From the NCBI RefSeq assembly GCF_020745735.1, contig NW_026867509.1, positions 2,146,537 to 2,210,536 of the forward strand: a stretch of DNA of 64,000 bases, written 5' to 3'. Position 1 is the first letter of the stretch; the number at the start of each line of letters is the position of its first letter. The DNA is from Hemiscyllium ocellatum (Eukaryota). Both the position numbers and the translations under genes were made by a program. Shown one piece after another: positions 37,712 through 50,734 of the stretch. A model generated the notes under the pieces. It saw only the letters and a program-made list of their open reading frames with translations. It was not told the origin of the DNA and ran no database searches.

Positions 37712-40700
37712 CCTCTTCCCTTAAGAATAAAATGAACCATCAAAATAAAAAGACGGCTTCAGGTTTTTTACCTTCAGAATACATTACCCTAACATGCCGA
37801 TAACGTTCATATAATGATACCTTAATTTGTTCCCTATACCTATACACGTACACAAAACATTGAACAAAGATAAATCTCATCTTAACTCTATCTGTTCAAT
37901 CCACGATTAAAAGTCCTTAATTATATTCTTCTGACGCGACATCTCCAATTTTTAAAGTAAAAGTCCATAACATAAGACTCCAATGACATCATATTCTTAC
38001 CTTCAAAACGTTCTAAGAATGTAATCGGATTGTGGTCAATGTACACAATCGTCTCCGACACATTGTTCGTGACATGTACATTAAAATGCTGTAAGGACAG
38101 TACCAAATTCAAAAGTTCCTTTTCGATTTTGGAGCATTTCCTCTGGCGGATGTTGATCTTCTTCAAAAATGAAACAATCCCGTCCTCATTTTCCCGTGGA
38201 GTACAGCTTCAACTCCAGTGTCACTAGCATCAATGGCGACTTTGTTTTGAACAGTGTGGTCGAGCTAAAACTGGTTTGGTGGTTAATATCAATTTGAAAT
38301 GATCGAATTTCTTCTGGCATGATTCTGTCCACCGAAACTTTGCGTTCTTCTTCAGGAAATGCGTTAGCAGTACATTTATACTGCTAAAGTTTGGAACAAA
38401 CTTCGAATAGTATCTGCTGAGTCTGAAGAATCGAAGTGCCTCTTTCTTCAAGGGTAGTAGTGAAAATTCCTCGATAGCCTTCTTGTTGCGTTCCATGGGG
38501 TCAGCTTTCCATTACCAATGTTATGTCCCAAGAACGTCACCTCTGTTTTCTTTCATATTCCGTTTAATTTAGGTTATTCACCAGGTTTGTTTCTGGTAGT
38601 TGTTCAAAGAGCTCTGCCGACTGTACCATGTAATGGTTCCAGTTCACTACATCGTCCAAATCGACTGCACAGTTTGTTAACCCAGCCACAACACTTCATG
38701 GGTCTTTGGAATGTGTCGGGTGCGTTCTTCATTCAAAAGAGCATCACTTGAAATTGATATAGCCCATTTGAGTTTACAAAAGCAGAAATTTCTTCAGCCA
38801 ACTCTGATAAATGTACCTGCCAGTAACCAGGCATTAAGTCCAACTGTGTGATGTAACTGGCTTGTCAAAATTTCTCGATACAGTCCTGCAATCTAGGAAT
38901 TGGATATGAATCCGATTTTGTAACAGCACTGAACTTCCAATAATCCATGCAGAGTCTTTGAGTCCCTTCGGCTTGGGAACTAAGATGATCAGCAAACTCC
39001 ACTCGCTCTGGCTTGGTTCGAAGATGTTCTCGTCGAGCATGGCCTCCACCTCCACTGGATCTGTCTGACTTTGAGAGATTAAGACGACAGGGGTGTTGTT
39101 GTATTGGAGTAGTATTCCCAACGTCTGCTTTACGTACAATAGCATTAGTCCTCCTCATCTGATTCTTACACATATCCTTATAATGTAGTGGTGATCTTTC
39201 AAATCCATTCTATGTTCCTGAGACAGAGAGATAACTAATCAATCCCACTTCTCAAGGACTGCGTCATTTTTGAAAGTCTTTTGAGCCACATCAAAATCCA
39301 TGTCGTCTGAATTTGATTTCTCATTCCGCGGGGCAGTAACTAACACCTGTTTCTTCAGTTCACTCTCTCTCATGTAATACAGTTTCAAGTTTTCATATGA
39401 CCTTTTTTCCTATCTGGCATCTTTACTGAATAGTTCAAATGACTCAACTTTTTCTCAATTTGATACGGACGACTAAACCTGGCTTTGAAAGGATCTGCCA
39501 CCATTGGTAACAGTACTGACACATTATCCCCTTGGGAAAATTTCCGAGTGTCAAAGCTTTAATCTGCCACGTGCTCCGTTGTGCACTGTGCCATCTTTAG
39601 ATGCTGTTCAACTAATCTACCTACGTGATTTAAACTCTCCCTCACATCCGATACATAATCTAATTGTGAGATCTCCGACTTTGGACCTGTCAATTGTTTC
39701 CTTAATTAATTTCAAATGGCCTCTCACTTCATGACCGAATCTTTCGTACCCCAGGTGACCTGCAACAGGTAGTTCTTGTGCTCCCTGTAACATTTCCTGT
39801 CTGTATGCTACCGGCAACACAATCTGGTGCACCTCGGCCAATTTGTCCTCTGCACTAACCTGCCGTGGTCTCCATTTATGTCTGAGGATTCCATCTTTCA
39901 AATAATAACCCTGTATAATATTCTCTGCCTCCTTTTCAGGGTACGCATTCACATAGGTATCTTTTATCATCTTGTCTTGCTGTTGCAATCTCTTTGCCTT
40001 TCAGAACTAAACACCTCCGTCTGACCTTCTGCCTGTTCAGGTTTTCCCTGCAACATTACCTCCAACCGGCGATCCACTAAATGAACCTCAACTCCTTCGT
40101 GTTTTTCTTTATTTTTCACTTCGTGCTGTGAGTTTTGATAGTGATCTCTGTTTACCACACAATCTGGGAAAATACCAAGATATTTCGGGTTTTAAGTCTT
40201 CAGTCTCTTGGTCTTCTTGGGCTTCTCCACAACAAAGGCTAACACTCCCACCTTAGATCTTGCCAAGTCATTCCCAAGAACAAACTTACTTATTGAAACT
40301 GACATTCTTTCAATTGCTCCCACTGCAACTTCCCCAGTCTCCAACCTGGGCTTACACAATGGAATGCGAAATTTCTGTCCATCTATCACACAAATGATCA
40401 CATTCTCGGGTAACAAATTAGATAGAGTGCGTATGTGCTCATCCCTTATAATCAGCGACTGGTTAGATCCTGTATCTCTCAAAATTAATCTTCTTCTCCT
40501 TCTTCCCCTGTTCTTTCTGATTAAACTTTACCCGCAGAGGCGACTTCTTTGTCGATATAAGGTATTAACTCCATACTCAGCCCCTGTCTAGGTTGTGCAC
40601 TCTCGTGCACCTGCTCGGCTCTTCTTGGGGTATCCTTTACTACCTTCACCAATGACACTGGCTTAGATTCTTTCACCACATCTTTTCCCACAGTGCCCAT

Positions 40701-41075
40701 TATTACTGCCCTGTGTTGTTTCTTTACATATCCCGCTTTAGTACAGTGGAACCATCTGAGGCCTTTCGCCTCCTTTCCATACTCTTCGGCATTTTTTTTA
40801 TCCTGTGCTAAAATCTTACTAGTTCTCTCTTCTCTTGGTTAAGTAGTCAAGGCTATCTGCTTCTCCCAACTTCTATCCCTCACAGGACGAAATTCAGCTG
40901 AAGGCTTGTCTTATGCATCAGCATATATTCGTCTAATAATTCCTGCCTTTCTCACTTTCTATCTTTCTGTTCCTCCAGGTGAATTCTTACCGTCTCAGGA
41001 AGTGAGTTTTAAAACTCCTTCTGCAGGATAATGTCTCAAATGCCCTATCTATTTTCAAATAGCACAGCCATGGAT

Positions 41076-44000
41076 CACAGAGTCAGAGAGACGTACAGCA
41101 CGGAAAAACGTTCGGTCCAACCCATGCCGACCAGATATCCCAATCCAAACTAGTCCCACTAACCAGCACCCGGCCAATATCCCATCAAACCCTTCCTGTT
41201 GATAAACCCATCCAAATGGCTCTTAAATGTTGTAATTGTATCAGCCTCCATCACATCCTCTGGCAGCTCATTCCATACACGTTCCATCCTATGCGTGAAA
41301 AAGGTTGCCCCTTAGGTCTATTTTACATCTTTCACCTCTTACCATAAACCTATACCCTCTAGTTCTGCACTCCCATATCCCAGGGAAACGACTTTGACTA
41401 TTTATCGTATCCATGCCCCTCATAATTTTGTAAACCTCTAGAAGGTCACTCCTCTGCCTCTGACACTCCAGGGAAAACAGCCCCAACTTGTTCAGCTTCT
41501 CCGTACAGCTCAAATCCTCCAACCCTGCAACATCCTTGGAAACCTTTTCTGAACGCTCTCAAGTTTGACAACATTTTTCCGATAGGAAGGAGACCAGAAT
41601 TGCATGCAATATTCCAACAGTGGCCTAAGCAATGTCATGTACAGCCGCAACATGACCTCCGAACTCCTGTACTCAATATTCTGTCCAATAAAGGAAAGCA
41701 TTACAAACGCATTCCTCACTAGCTGAAAATGTGTTGCTGGAAAAGCGCAGCAGGTCAGACAGCGTCCAAGGAGCAGGAGAATCGACGTTTCGTTCATGAG
41801 CCCTTCTTCAGGAATGAGGAAAGTGTGCCAAGCAGGCTAAGAAAAAAGGTAGGGAGAAGGGACTTGGGGAGGGGCGTTGGAAACGCGATAGGTGGAAGAT
41901 GTTAAGGTGAGAGTGATAGGCTGGAGTGGGGTGGGGGCGGAGAGGGCAGGAAGAAGATTGCACATTAGGAAGGTGGTGCTGCGTTCGAGGGTTGGGACTG
42001 AGACAAGGTGGGGGGAGGGGAAATGAGGAAACTGGAGAAATCTGAGTTCATACCTTGTGGTTGGAGGGTTCCTAGGCGTAAGATGAGGCGCTCTTCTTCC
42101 AGCCGTCGTGTTGCTATGGTCTCCCGATGGAGGAGTCCAAGGACCTGCATGTCCTGGGTGGAGTGGGTGGGAGAGTTGAAGTGTTGAGCCACGGGGTGGT
42201 TGGGTTGGTTGGTCCAGGTGTCCCAGAGGTATTCTCTGAAACGTTCTGCAAGTCGGTGGCCTGAATCCCCAACATGGAGGAGGACACAACGGGTGCAGTA
42301 AATAATGTGTGTGGAGGTGCAGGTGAATTTGTGGCGGATATGAAAGGATCCCTTGGGGTCTTGGAGGGACGTAAGGGGGGAGGTGTGGGTGCAAATTTTT
42401 CATTTCTTGCGGTTGCAGGGGAAGGTGCCTGGAATAGAGGTTGTGTTGGTGGGGGGTGGGGACCTGATGAGGCAGTCAAAGAGGGAGTGGTATTTTTGGA
42501 ACGCTGATAGGGGAGGGGAGGGAAATATATCCCTGGTGGTGGGGTCCGTTTGGAGGTGGCGGAAATGACGACGGATGATACGATGTATGTGGATATTGGT
42601 GGGGTGGTAGGTGAGGACCAGTGGGGTTCTGTCCTGTAGGCGATTGGAGGGACGGGGCTCAAGGGTGGAGGAGGGGGAAGTTGAGGAGATGCGGTGGAGA
42701 TCATCGTCGATCCCGTCTGGGGGTTAATTGCGGTCTTTGAAAAAGGAGGCCATCTGGGTTGTACGGTATTGGAACTGGTCCTCCTGGGAGCAGATGTGGC
42801 GGAGACGAAGGAATTGGGAATATAGGATGGCATTTTTACAGGGGACAGGGTGGGAAGAGGTGTAATCGAGGAAGCTGTAGGAGTCGGTTGGTTTATAGCA
42901 AATGTCCATGTTGATTCGGTCGCCCGATATAGAAATGGAGAGGTCGAGGAAGGGGAGGGAGGAATCTGAGACGGTCCAGGTAAACTTGAGGTCGGGGTGG
43001 AAGGTGTTGGTAAAGTAGATGACCTGTTCAACCTCCTCGTGGGAGCACGAAGCAGCGCTGATACAGTCATCGATGTAGCAGAAGAAAAGGTTATCACCTT
43101 CTTCACTATACTCTCTACCTGCAACTCCACTTTCAAGGAGCTATGAACCTCCACTCCAAGATCTCTTTGTTCCACAACGCTCTCTAGGAACTTACCATTA
43201 AGTGTTTAAGTCCTGGTAAGATTTGCTTTCCAAAAATACAGCACCTCGCATTTATCTGAATTAAACGCCATCTGCCACTTCTCAGCCCATTGGCCCATCT
43301 GATTCAGACCCTGTTGTAATCTGAGGTAACCCTCTTGGCTGTCCACTACATCACCAATTTTGGTGTCATTTGCAAACTTACTAACTGTACCTCTTATGCT
43401 CGCATCCAAATCATATATATAAATGACAAACAGTAGAGGACCCAGCACCGATCCTTGTGGCACTCCACTGGTCACAGGCCTCCAGTCTGAAAAACAACCC
43501 TCCACCACCACCCTCTGTCGTCTACCTTTGAGCCAGTTCTGTATCCAAATCGCTAGTTCTCCCTGTATTCTTTGAGATCTAACCTTGATAATCAGTCTCC
43601 CATAGGGAACTTTGTCGAACGCCTTACTTAAGTCCATATTGCTCAATCTACTGCTCTGCCCTCATCAATCCTCGTTGTTAATTCTTCAAAAAACTCAATC
43701 AAGTTTTTGAGACATGATTTCCCACGCACAAGATCATGTTGACTATTCCTAACCAGTCCTTGCTTTTCCAAGTATATATACATCCTGTCCCTCAGGATTC
43801 CCTCCAACAACTTGCCCACCACCGAGGTCAGGCTCACCTCTCCATGGTTCCCTGGCTTGTCTTTACCGCCCTTCTTAAACAGTGGCACCACATTTGCCAA
43901 CCTCCAGTCTTCTGGCACCTCACCTGTGACTATCGATGATACAAATATTTCAGCAAGAGGCCCAGCAATCACTTCTCTAACTTCCCATAGAGTTCTCGGG

Positions 44001-45660
44001 TACATCTGATCGGGTCCTGGGGATCTATCCACCTTTACCTTTTTCAAGACATCTAGAACTTCCTCCTCTGTAATCTGGACATTTTGCAAGCTTTCACCAT
44101 CTATTTCCCTACCGTCTATATCTTCCATATCCTTTATCACAGTAATTACCGAGGCAAAATATTCATTTAGCATCTCCCCCATGTTCTGTGGCTCCACACA
44201 AAGGCTGCCTTGCTGATCTTTGAGGGACCCTATTCTCTCCCTAGTTCCCTGTTGTCCTTAATATATTTGTAAAAACCCTTTGGATGCTCCTTAATTCTGT
44301 TTGCCATAGCTATCTCATGTCCCCTTTTTGCCCTCCTGATTTCCCTCTTAAGTATACTCCTACTTCCTTTATACTCTTCCGAGGATTCACTCGATCTATG
44401 CTTTCTACAGTTGACATATGCTTCCTTTTGTTTCTTAACGAAGCCCTCAATTTCTTTAGTCATCCAGCATTCCCTATACCTACCAGCCTTTCTTTTCATC
44501 CCAACAGGAACATACTTTCTCTGGATTCTTGTTATCTCATTCCCGAATGCTTTCTATTTTACAGCCGTCTCTTTACCTGCGAACATCTACCTCCAATAAG
44601 CTTTCGTATTTCTTGCCTAATACCGTCAAAATTGGCCTTTCTCCAAATTAGAACTTCAACTTTTAGATCTGGTCTATCCATTTCCAGCACGATTTTAAAA
44701 CAAATAGAATTATGGTCGCTGGCCCCTAACTGCTCCCGCAATGACACCTCAGTCACCTGCACTGCCTTATTTCCCAAGAGTTGGTCAAGTTGTGTATCTT
44801 CTGTAGTAGTTACATACACATGTGAATCAGAAAATTGTCTTGAACGCTCTGAAGAAATTCCTCTCCAACTAAACATTTAACCCTACGGCAGTCCGAGTCG
44901 ATGTTTGGCAAGTTAAATTCCCATACCATAACCATCCGATTGTTCTTACAGACAGTTGAGATCTCCTTACAAGATTGCTTCTCAATTTCCCTCTGACTCT
45001 TAGGGGTTCTATAATACAATCCCAGTAATGTTTTTTTCCCTTTTTTATTTCTCAGTTCCACGCAAATAACTTCCCTGGATGTATTTCCGGGAATATCCTC
45101 CCTCAGCACAGCTGTAATGCTATCCATTATCAAAAATGCCACTCCCCATCCTCTCTTGCCTCCCTTGCTATCCTTCTTCTCGCATTTGTATCCTGGAACA
45201 TTAAGCTGCCAGTCCTGCGCATCCCTGAGCCATGTTGTAATTGCTGTGATATCCCAATCCCATGTTCCTAACCATGCTGTGAGTTCATCTGCTTTCCCTG
45301 TTATGCCCCTTGCATTGAAATAAATGCAGTTTAATTTATTCATCCTACCTTGTCTCTGCCTGCCCTGACTGTTTGACTCATTTCTGTTCTCAACTGTACC
45401 AGCCTCAGATTGATCTCTTTCTTCACAATTCCATGCCCCCCTCCCTCCACACACACCTTACTAGCTGAAAACCTCCCGAGCAGTTCTGGCAAATTTCCCT
45501 GCCTGTATAATCGTCGCCTTCCAATTTAGGTGCAATCCGTCCTTCTTGAACAGGTCACTTCTACACCAAAAGAGATTCCAATGATCCAAAAATGTGACTC
45601 CTTCTCCCATACACCATCTCCTCAGCCATGCATTCATTTACTCTATCATCCTTTTCCTGC
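41076..45660 (-). mobile_element. CR1 LINE nested in Gypsy gag, itself split by a Penelope-like element
   Basis: APE LNCIYFNARGITGKADEL (45340), RT DLSKAFDKVP..GVPQGSVLGPLLFVIYI..FANDTK (43640-43380), and the 3' end with tail at about 41076. Confidence 0.93.
41722..43095 (-). mobile_element. Penelope-like element (RT C-terminus and GIY-YIG endonuclease) nested in CR1
   Basis: DICYKPTDSYSFLDYTSSHP.PCKNAI.YSQFLRLR.ICS; HKFTC..THIIYC; terminal gctgaaaatgtgttgctgg. The flanking CR1 sequence ttc(c/t)tcacta occurs on both sides. Confidence 0.88.
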
Positions 45661-46629
45661 CAAATGATTCTTTCGAACTCAACTAAGTCTGACCTGGTTT
45701 CTTCTGTGTGTTTCTGAACTACTGTCTATATGCTTCTGGCATCAATTGATAAGCACTTAAAACAGCCTGTTTAACCTTTTCATAATCACTTGACACCTAA
45801 TCTGACAACGCAACATGTGCCTCACTAGTTCTGCTTGCCAATTTTCTATGAAATGGCATTACCCATAAATCATCAGACGACACCATTTGCCTAGCCAATT
45901 TTTCAATTTTTCATAAAATTGTGGCAGTTTTGACATACTTACATATGTCACTAACTTCTGTTTTAATCTCCATCCTGTTAACTTGATTTTGCTAACTGAT
46001 TCGCAACTTCTCAAGTACAAATACTCTCTCTCTCCTTCTCTCGCCCTTTCTTCTCTCTCTCTTATTGTTTTTGTCTCCCTTTCCTCTATCTGTGTATTTG
46101 CTCTGCCAAGAACTGCCTCTCTCCTTTTCCTCTTCTTCTCTTTCTTCTGTCTCTTTCTCTTCTTTTCTCCGTCTCTCTTTCCTCTCAATCTTTATGTTTA
46201 TCTTCTAACTCCATTTTCCACAATTGTAATGTAAGGTTTTTCTCCCTTTACTGCATTTGTCTGTTTCTCTGACATACCGAGATGTTTGAGTAATTCCCTT
46301 ACAATTTCTTACAATTTCAGGTTTACTTTTGTTCTTGGTTAAATCAAAACTAATGTTTTCACTAATTCTAAAAGTATGGCACTTTTCATTCATTCTAAAC
46401 TTTCTTGACAAATCTGAGAATCATTTTCAAATCCTGTAACATCGTTAGCAACTTTAAAAGCCATTTCTCTCACTTTTAATTTAATTAACCACAGGTCACC
46501 GACATTTTTAAAAAAATGTCCCCCCTGCGTTTTATTAATATATCTCGGCCAGTAACCTGCAACTGCTTAAATCTGTTGGGAGTTTTCTTACTCCCAAATC
46601 TATTCAAATCTGCCTCAGCAAGTTCACAT

Positions 46630-46647
46630 CACGGACCGGAGTCGCCA
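46630..46647 (-). promoter_or_regulatory. Primer-binding site of the Gypsy element
   Basis: TGGCGACTCCGGTCCGTG, 3 nt after the 5' LTR end (...TAACA gat TGGCGAC). The primer tRNA is not determined. Confidence 0.6.
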
Positions 46648-46650
46648 ATC

Positions 46651-47371
46651 TGTTACGTCATGGAGTAAAGTCTCCTGCTTAATTTAAAGCCAGCAACGCA
46701 GAAAAGATTTATCCCACGCAGTAATCCGTGAGAATTCGAGTGGCAAAGCAGTATTTAAAGTTACAATTAACAACTTTATTTCATAAAGCATAACAGACAA
46801 TAAGTAACTAACCGCTATTTACAACTTCTACCTTTAATGTATGTTTTACATTCCCTTTTACAATACTATCCCAACAATTTTCCAAACCAGGATTTACAAA
46901 ATAGCACTTCTCATCAAATGCTAGTCAGCTGTAGGTTCCTGTCTTCGGATCTTCCTGTGCATTATTTTTTCCTTGTTAGAAATTTCTGCGTTGCAGGTTA
47001 CTGATCGTAGAGGTACGTTTAAGACATTTTTTTCATTCAATCCATGACATGGTAGGACTTGACAATTCTCCTCTTAACTGTTCAATTTCCCACCGGTCTT
47101 ATAACCCCCACCCCTCCCCCAGAGTATCGGAATGTGTCAATGGTTTTAAGACTGTGAATATTCTCAATTCAAACTTGATGGGAAATTGTTTTCATTCGGG
47201 GTATAATTTAAACTGATTGGCCAAATTCTAATTTGTTTTGGTTTCCAGGCAACGAATCAAATTTTTCGACCAAGTGTCGCATACATTGTTGCATTATTGA
47301 CAACATGTGCTGTTGTGATCAGTCATTCTTCTACTTTTAACTCTCTTGAAGTACACCCTAGTCTTCATACA
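46651..47371 (-). repeat. 5' LTR of the Gypsy element
   Basis: tgttacgt...ctcctgcttaatttaaagcca...tcttcataca; colinear with 36991-37711. Confidence 0.85.
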
Positions 47372-48184
47372 TTTAGAATTGAACAGAAACTATGCGAATT
47401 TCATTCGACATTAAGTATAATGCAGATCAGCATCAGACTTTGCTCACTGAGAATATGGGACATTCCTTCGAGGCAGGATTGGCTGCCCTGTCAGCGCTGA
47501 TGGCAGCTACGTGATAATTAATGAGAATTATTGACATTATCTTCCTCTGTTTATTACTTTGTCGTTCTCAACATTCCTTTTTCTTTTCCTGTTTGTCTCG
47601 ATCTCTGTCACACTGGTGAACCAAGCTCCACTTGAAATCGACATCCTTTTTGCTGTAAAAAACGTTACAACAAAGGCAGGATAAATGATGGTTGAAATGA
47701 ACACAGAGTTTGACAGCTTGAACAAATATAAACCAGAGTCTACCAGCAGAACGTAAAGAAACCATGCAGAGTTTTTATTTATCATCCATTTCAAAGTCAA
47801 TCCATAAATGTTGCTTGTTTGTATAACACCAATGGAGCAATAATGATGAAGGACCATAGCGACTGCACCCTGTAATTAAAATTATGAAGCACTGAATGAA
47901 TGTCTGAAGAAGACACGTAGTTAAAGATGCATCAACGACAGCGTTCCAGAATTCTGAGACAGAGAATCAGTGAAAAATATAATAATATCGGATCTAAAGT
48001 TCTTAAATGACGATAAATATTTCATTTGAAAATTTGAGCAAGATTAAATCTTTGTGACGTATTCCATCCACTGGTGCACAATTAGAGAGAATGGGAGGGA
48101 GGGAGTTGGGGGAGGGGGAGAGAGAGAGAGAGAGAGAGAGTCAGAGATAGCGCCATTCCTTTCTCTCCTGATTTCAGCAGGCGG

Positions 48185-48206
48185 CCAATCCATGAGAGTG
48201 ACATTA
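48185..48206 (+). promoter_or_regulatory. Candidate V promoter: CCAAT plus CRE-like decamer AGTGACATTA
   Basis: About 200 bp upstream of the leader at 48413; resembles the TCR V-promoter decamer AGTGA(C/T)(A/G)TCA. Confidence 0.4.
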
Positions 48207-48412
48207 AATGTTGTCTGTTGATTACATCCTATAAAAAATCAGGCTGTTGAGAATGTTGCTCACCATTCTCGCTATATATGAGGAGAATGTCAAACGCTCC
48301 CCTTTGCTCCTTCAGCTCCATCGCTGAGATCCTGGTATCGCCAGCAACTCCTGGATTGGAAACAATAGCCGAATTGACTTACGTCGTTTGCATCTTCATT
48401 GCCATGAGCAGA

Positions 48413-48830
48413 ATGTCCTGCAATCACATATTCCCATTTGGAGCTCTAATGTACTTCAGATTGTGTGAGTTTTATTTTTCAAACAGAAACCTTCTTATAT
48501 AATTCCACAAATCCTTGTGGTTGAATGCTGTTTCTTTTGTTCTCGCACTTTTCTGTGAGGAACAGAGCTCAAAATCTGATCAGATGTTGTCCCTCGAAAG
48601 AGGACGGGTTGAACTTCATTGTAAGCTCTCCAATGGTACTGTGGATATGATTGATTGGTGCTGACAATCATCGACTCGATATACGAGGGCAATCAGACCA
48701 CAGGCTGCTACACGCTGTCTTTTGACCGTGGGAAGGTCAATATCATCTCGATCGGTGAGACTGAGGTCAACCATTTCAACATAAAGGCTGTAAGTGTCGG
48801 TCAGCGGGTAAAAATGACACTGCAAGTAAC
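48413..48830 (+). pseudogene. V-set pseudogene of unassigned family (leader 48413-48464)
   Basis: Leader MSCNHIFPFGALMYFRL-T|gtgagt (52 nt, phase 1). Downstream QSSKSDQMLSLERGRVELHCKLSNGTVDMIDWC*Q and YTLSFDRGKVNIISIGETE. The second Cys and the RSS are missing. Confidence 0.45.
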
Positions 48831-49295
48831 TCACCATCTGACTACCAAAGTCTGCCCAACATCCACAAGACACAATGAAGAGTGTGGTACAATACTATCC
48901 ATTTGCCAGGAACTGTGATGCTGCAACAGTATCCAAGAAGTTTAAAAGTATTCATGACAAAGATTTTCGGTTACAGCTGTCAGAGGAGAACAGATTATCA
49001 ATAAGACGAAATTGCTTACTGTGAAGTGATGTTAATTCTCTGCGAAGGAAATGGTTATGTTACAATTGAAGAATAAGGGTGGTATTGGGAAAGTTCAATT
49101 AGTTCACTTTCGAAGTCGAAAACCAGCAAGTGTCAGAGAACAACTTATCGAGTTACCTGATCTCATGAATAATGTTTGCAGACATAAAAGAACCCACCAT
49201 CATCAGTAATAGGTTTCATGGTTCTCTCCAAGCTGTTTTTATTTCTTGGGGTGAGAACGCCCTCTGGTGAGCACTAATTGGAATTCTCTGGTTGA

Positions 49296-49334
49296 GTATT
49301 TATACCGTTTTCGATGCAGCTCGACAACAATGTG
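49296..49334 (-). other. 23-RSS of the 49335 V
   Basis: Minus strand: CACATTG, ttgtcgagctgcatcgaaaacgg (23 nt), TATAAATAC. Confidence 0.7.
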
Positions 49335-49793
49335 GGTTCCATAGCACAGAAATACACAGCGTTATTAGAGATGAGAATATTGCGGATTTTTAGTTCCGTG
49401 ATCTTGTCAATCAGTGATGCGGTTATCTCTTTGCACATCACTCCCAATAAGCTGAAACATGTATTGTGGAGTCTGTTCAGGACATTTACTGTACCAGTAC
49501 ACAAAAAAGATAGAGTTGCTCTTCGTCACATTGACGGTTAGTGTGAAATTCTTTGCCTCTCCAAGCGTCTTTAGAGAAAAAGGATGTACCACTGTATCAT
49601 GCTCGTCCATTCTAACATATAAATAGTAAAAAACGACAATCAGCATCAGCCTTATGTTGATCAACATAATGGTCAGTAACACGTCGACCAACACTAACAT
49701 TCGTATTGGAACAATCATTTTTTTTTTCTGCGATGGAGCTACTTACTGAGAATGCATACAATGATGAAGAACTGTGTGTGGCAATTTCTCCAT
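49335..49793 (-). pseudogene. TCR alpha/delta V gene (leader 49747-49793, V exon 49335-49611), pseudogene
   Basis: DTVVHPFSLKTLGEAKNFTLTVNVTKSNSIFFVYWYSKCPEQTPQYMFQL, frameshift, ITASLIDKITELKIRNILISNNAVYFCAMEP. First Cys lost; leader donor gtaagt. Confidence 0.85.
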
Positions 49794-50734
49794 TTTGATT
49801 TCTGACTCTGTATTTCTGCAATGCAGGAAATTCTCTGTCAGAGCAGAAAGTCAGATCTGGAACTCGCTGCGTGGCTGATCCTACCAATAAAAAGTTTGGC
49901 AACGTGGTAGCATTCTCTTCAAGAACACAATTGGTTCAGAGATAAGGGGAGGAAGAGAGGCATAGAACATGAAATAGAAGCTATGGGCGGAGTTACTGTT
50001 GACTGAATTTGACGACGTGTGTGCTGACTCTCAGCTGCTCTCGGAGCTCATGGATTGGAAACAATGATGGCAGTGTCTCCAAGTCTGTGACGTGACCTCT
50101 AAACGTGGAAGATATTACTTATCATGGTTCAATAGTCTACATGCTTCGTTGTAGCTACAAGGTGCTTGATCTGGATGGAAGTTTAAACACGGAAAAAAAT
50201 TCTGGATATTAATGCTATGTCTACAGTCTTGTTTTTTGGAATGGTTGACGTTGCAGCTGGGACGACCAACCTATCCACCATTTTTACTTCACAAACGGAT
50301 ATAATCTTAATATTACATTTAATTGAAATAAATTTAAACAAAATTCATGTTTATTTTTTAACTTTAGATCAGGCAAACTTTCTTTTATCATTTTCATATA
50401 GAAAACATAAATAATGAAACAAACATTAACCAAACAACATGATGCAATGTAGATTGTAAGTGCGGGGGTAAATCTTACTGTAAGAGTAATCCAGAGGCTC
50501 GGAGTAATGCTCTGCAGCTGGTTAGTCTGGTGGAAGAAATTGCAACTGTGTAAATTTCTAAGCCATTATGTTCAAGAGCAATTATGGAAGTGCAATAAAT
50601 GCTTCTTTCCCAGCGTCACCCCACATCTCACGAAGGAATAAGAAGCCGTCTCATGTCGAAGGAATACATATTGTCATGACGATCACCCATCAAGCAAACA
50701 ATTTAAATCCGACTGTCATCATTTTACAGGCGTA

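Larger units (their letters stand above)
36991..47371 (-). mobile_element. Gmr1-type Ty3/Gypsy LTR retrotransposon (PR-INT-RT-RH order), decayed, with nested insertions
   Basis: Two homologous ~720-bp LTRs. Zn-knuckle relic at about 40730; protease RDTGSNQS (40480); integrase Zn-binding YYLKDGIL..KWRP...QIVLP...AGHLG (39990-39750); RT PIQQHP, RLCMDY, DSYPIPRLQDCIEK (39170-38500); RNase H IEKELL..DHNPITFL (38170-37920). Confidence 0.9.

Noticed and set aside
42114-43175. 353-aa Pro/Ser/Thr-rich ORF, the longest in the track (also 58094-58468)
   Set aside because: Alternative reading frame of the C-rich Penelope-like element, not a gene.
45960-46200. Lys/Arg/Glu-rich ORFs (45859-46188)
   Set aside because: Translation of a CT/GA microsatellite-like tract in the Gypsy 5' leader.
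47537-47857. 106-aa hydrophobic minus-strand ORF, possibly another GPCR fragment
   Set aside because: No diagnostic GPCR motif could be aligned by eye.
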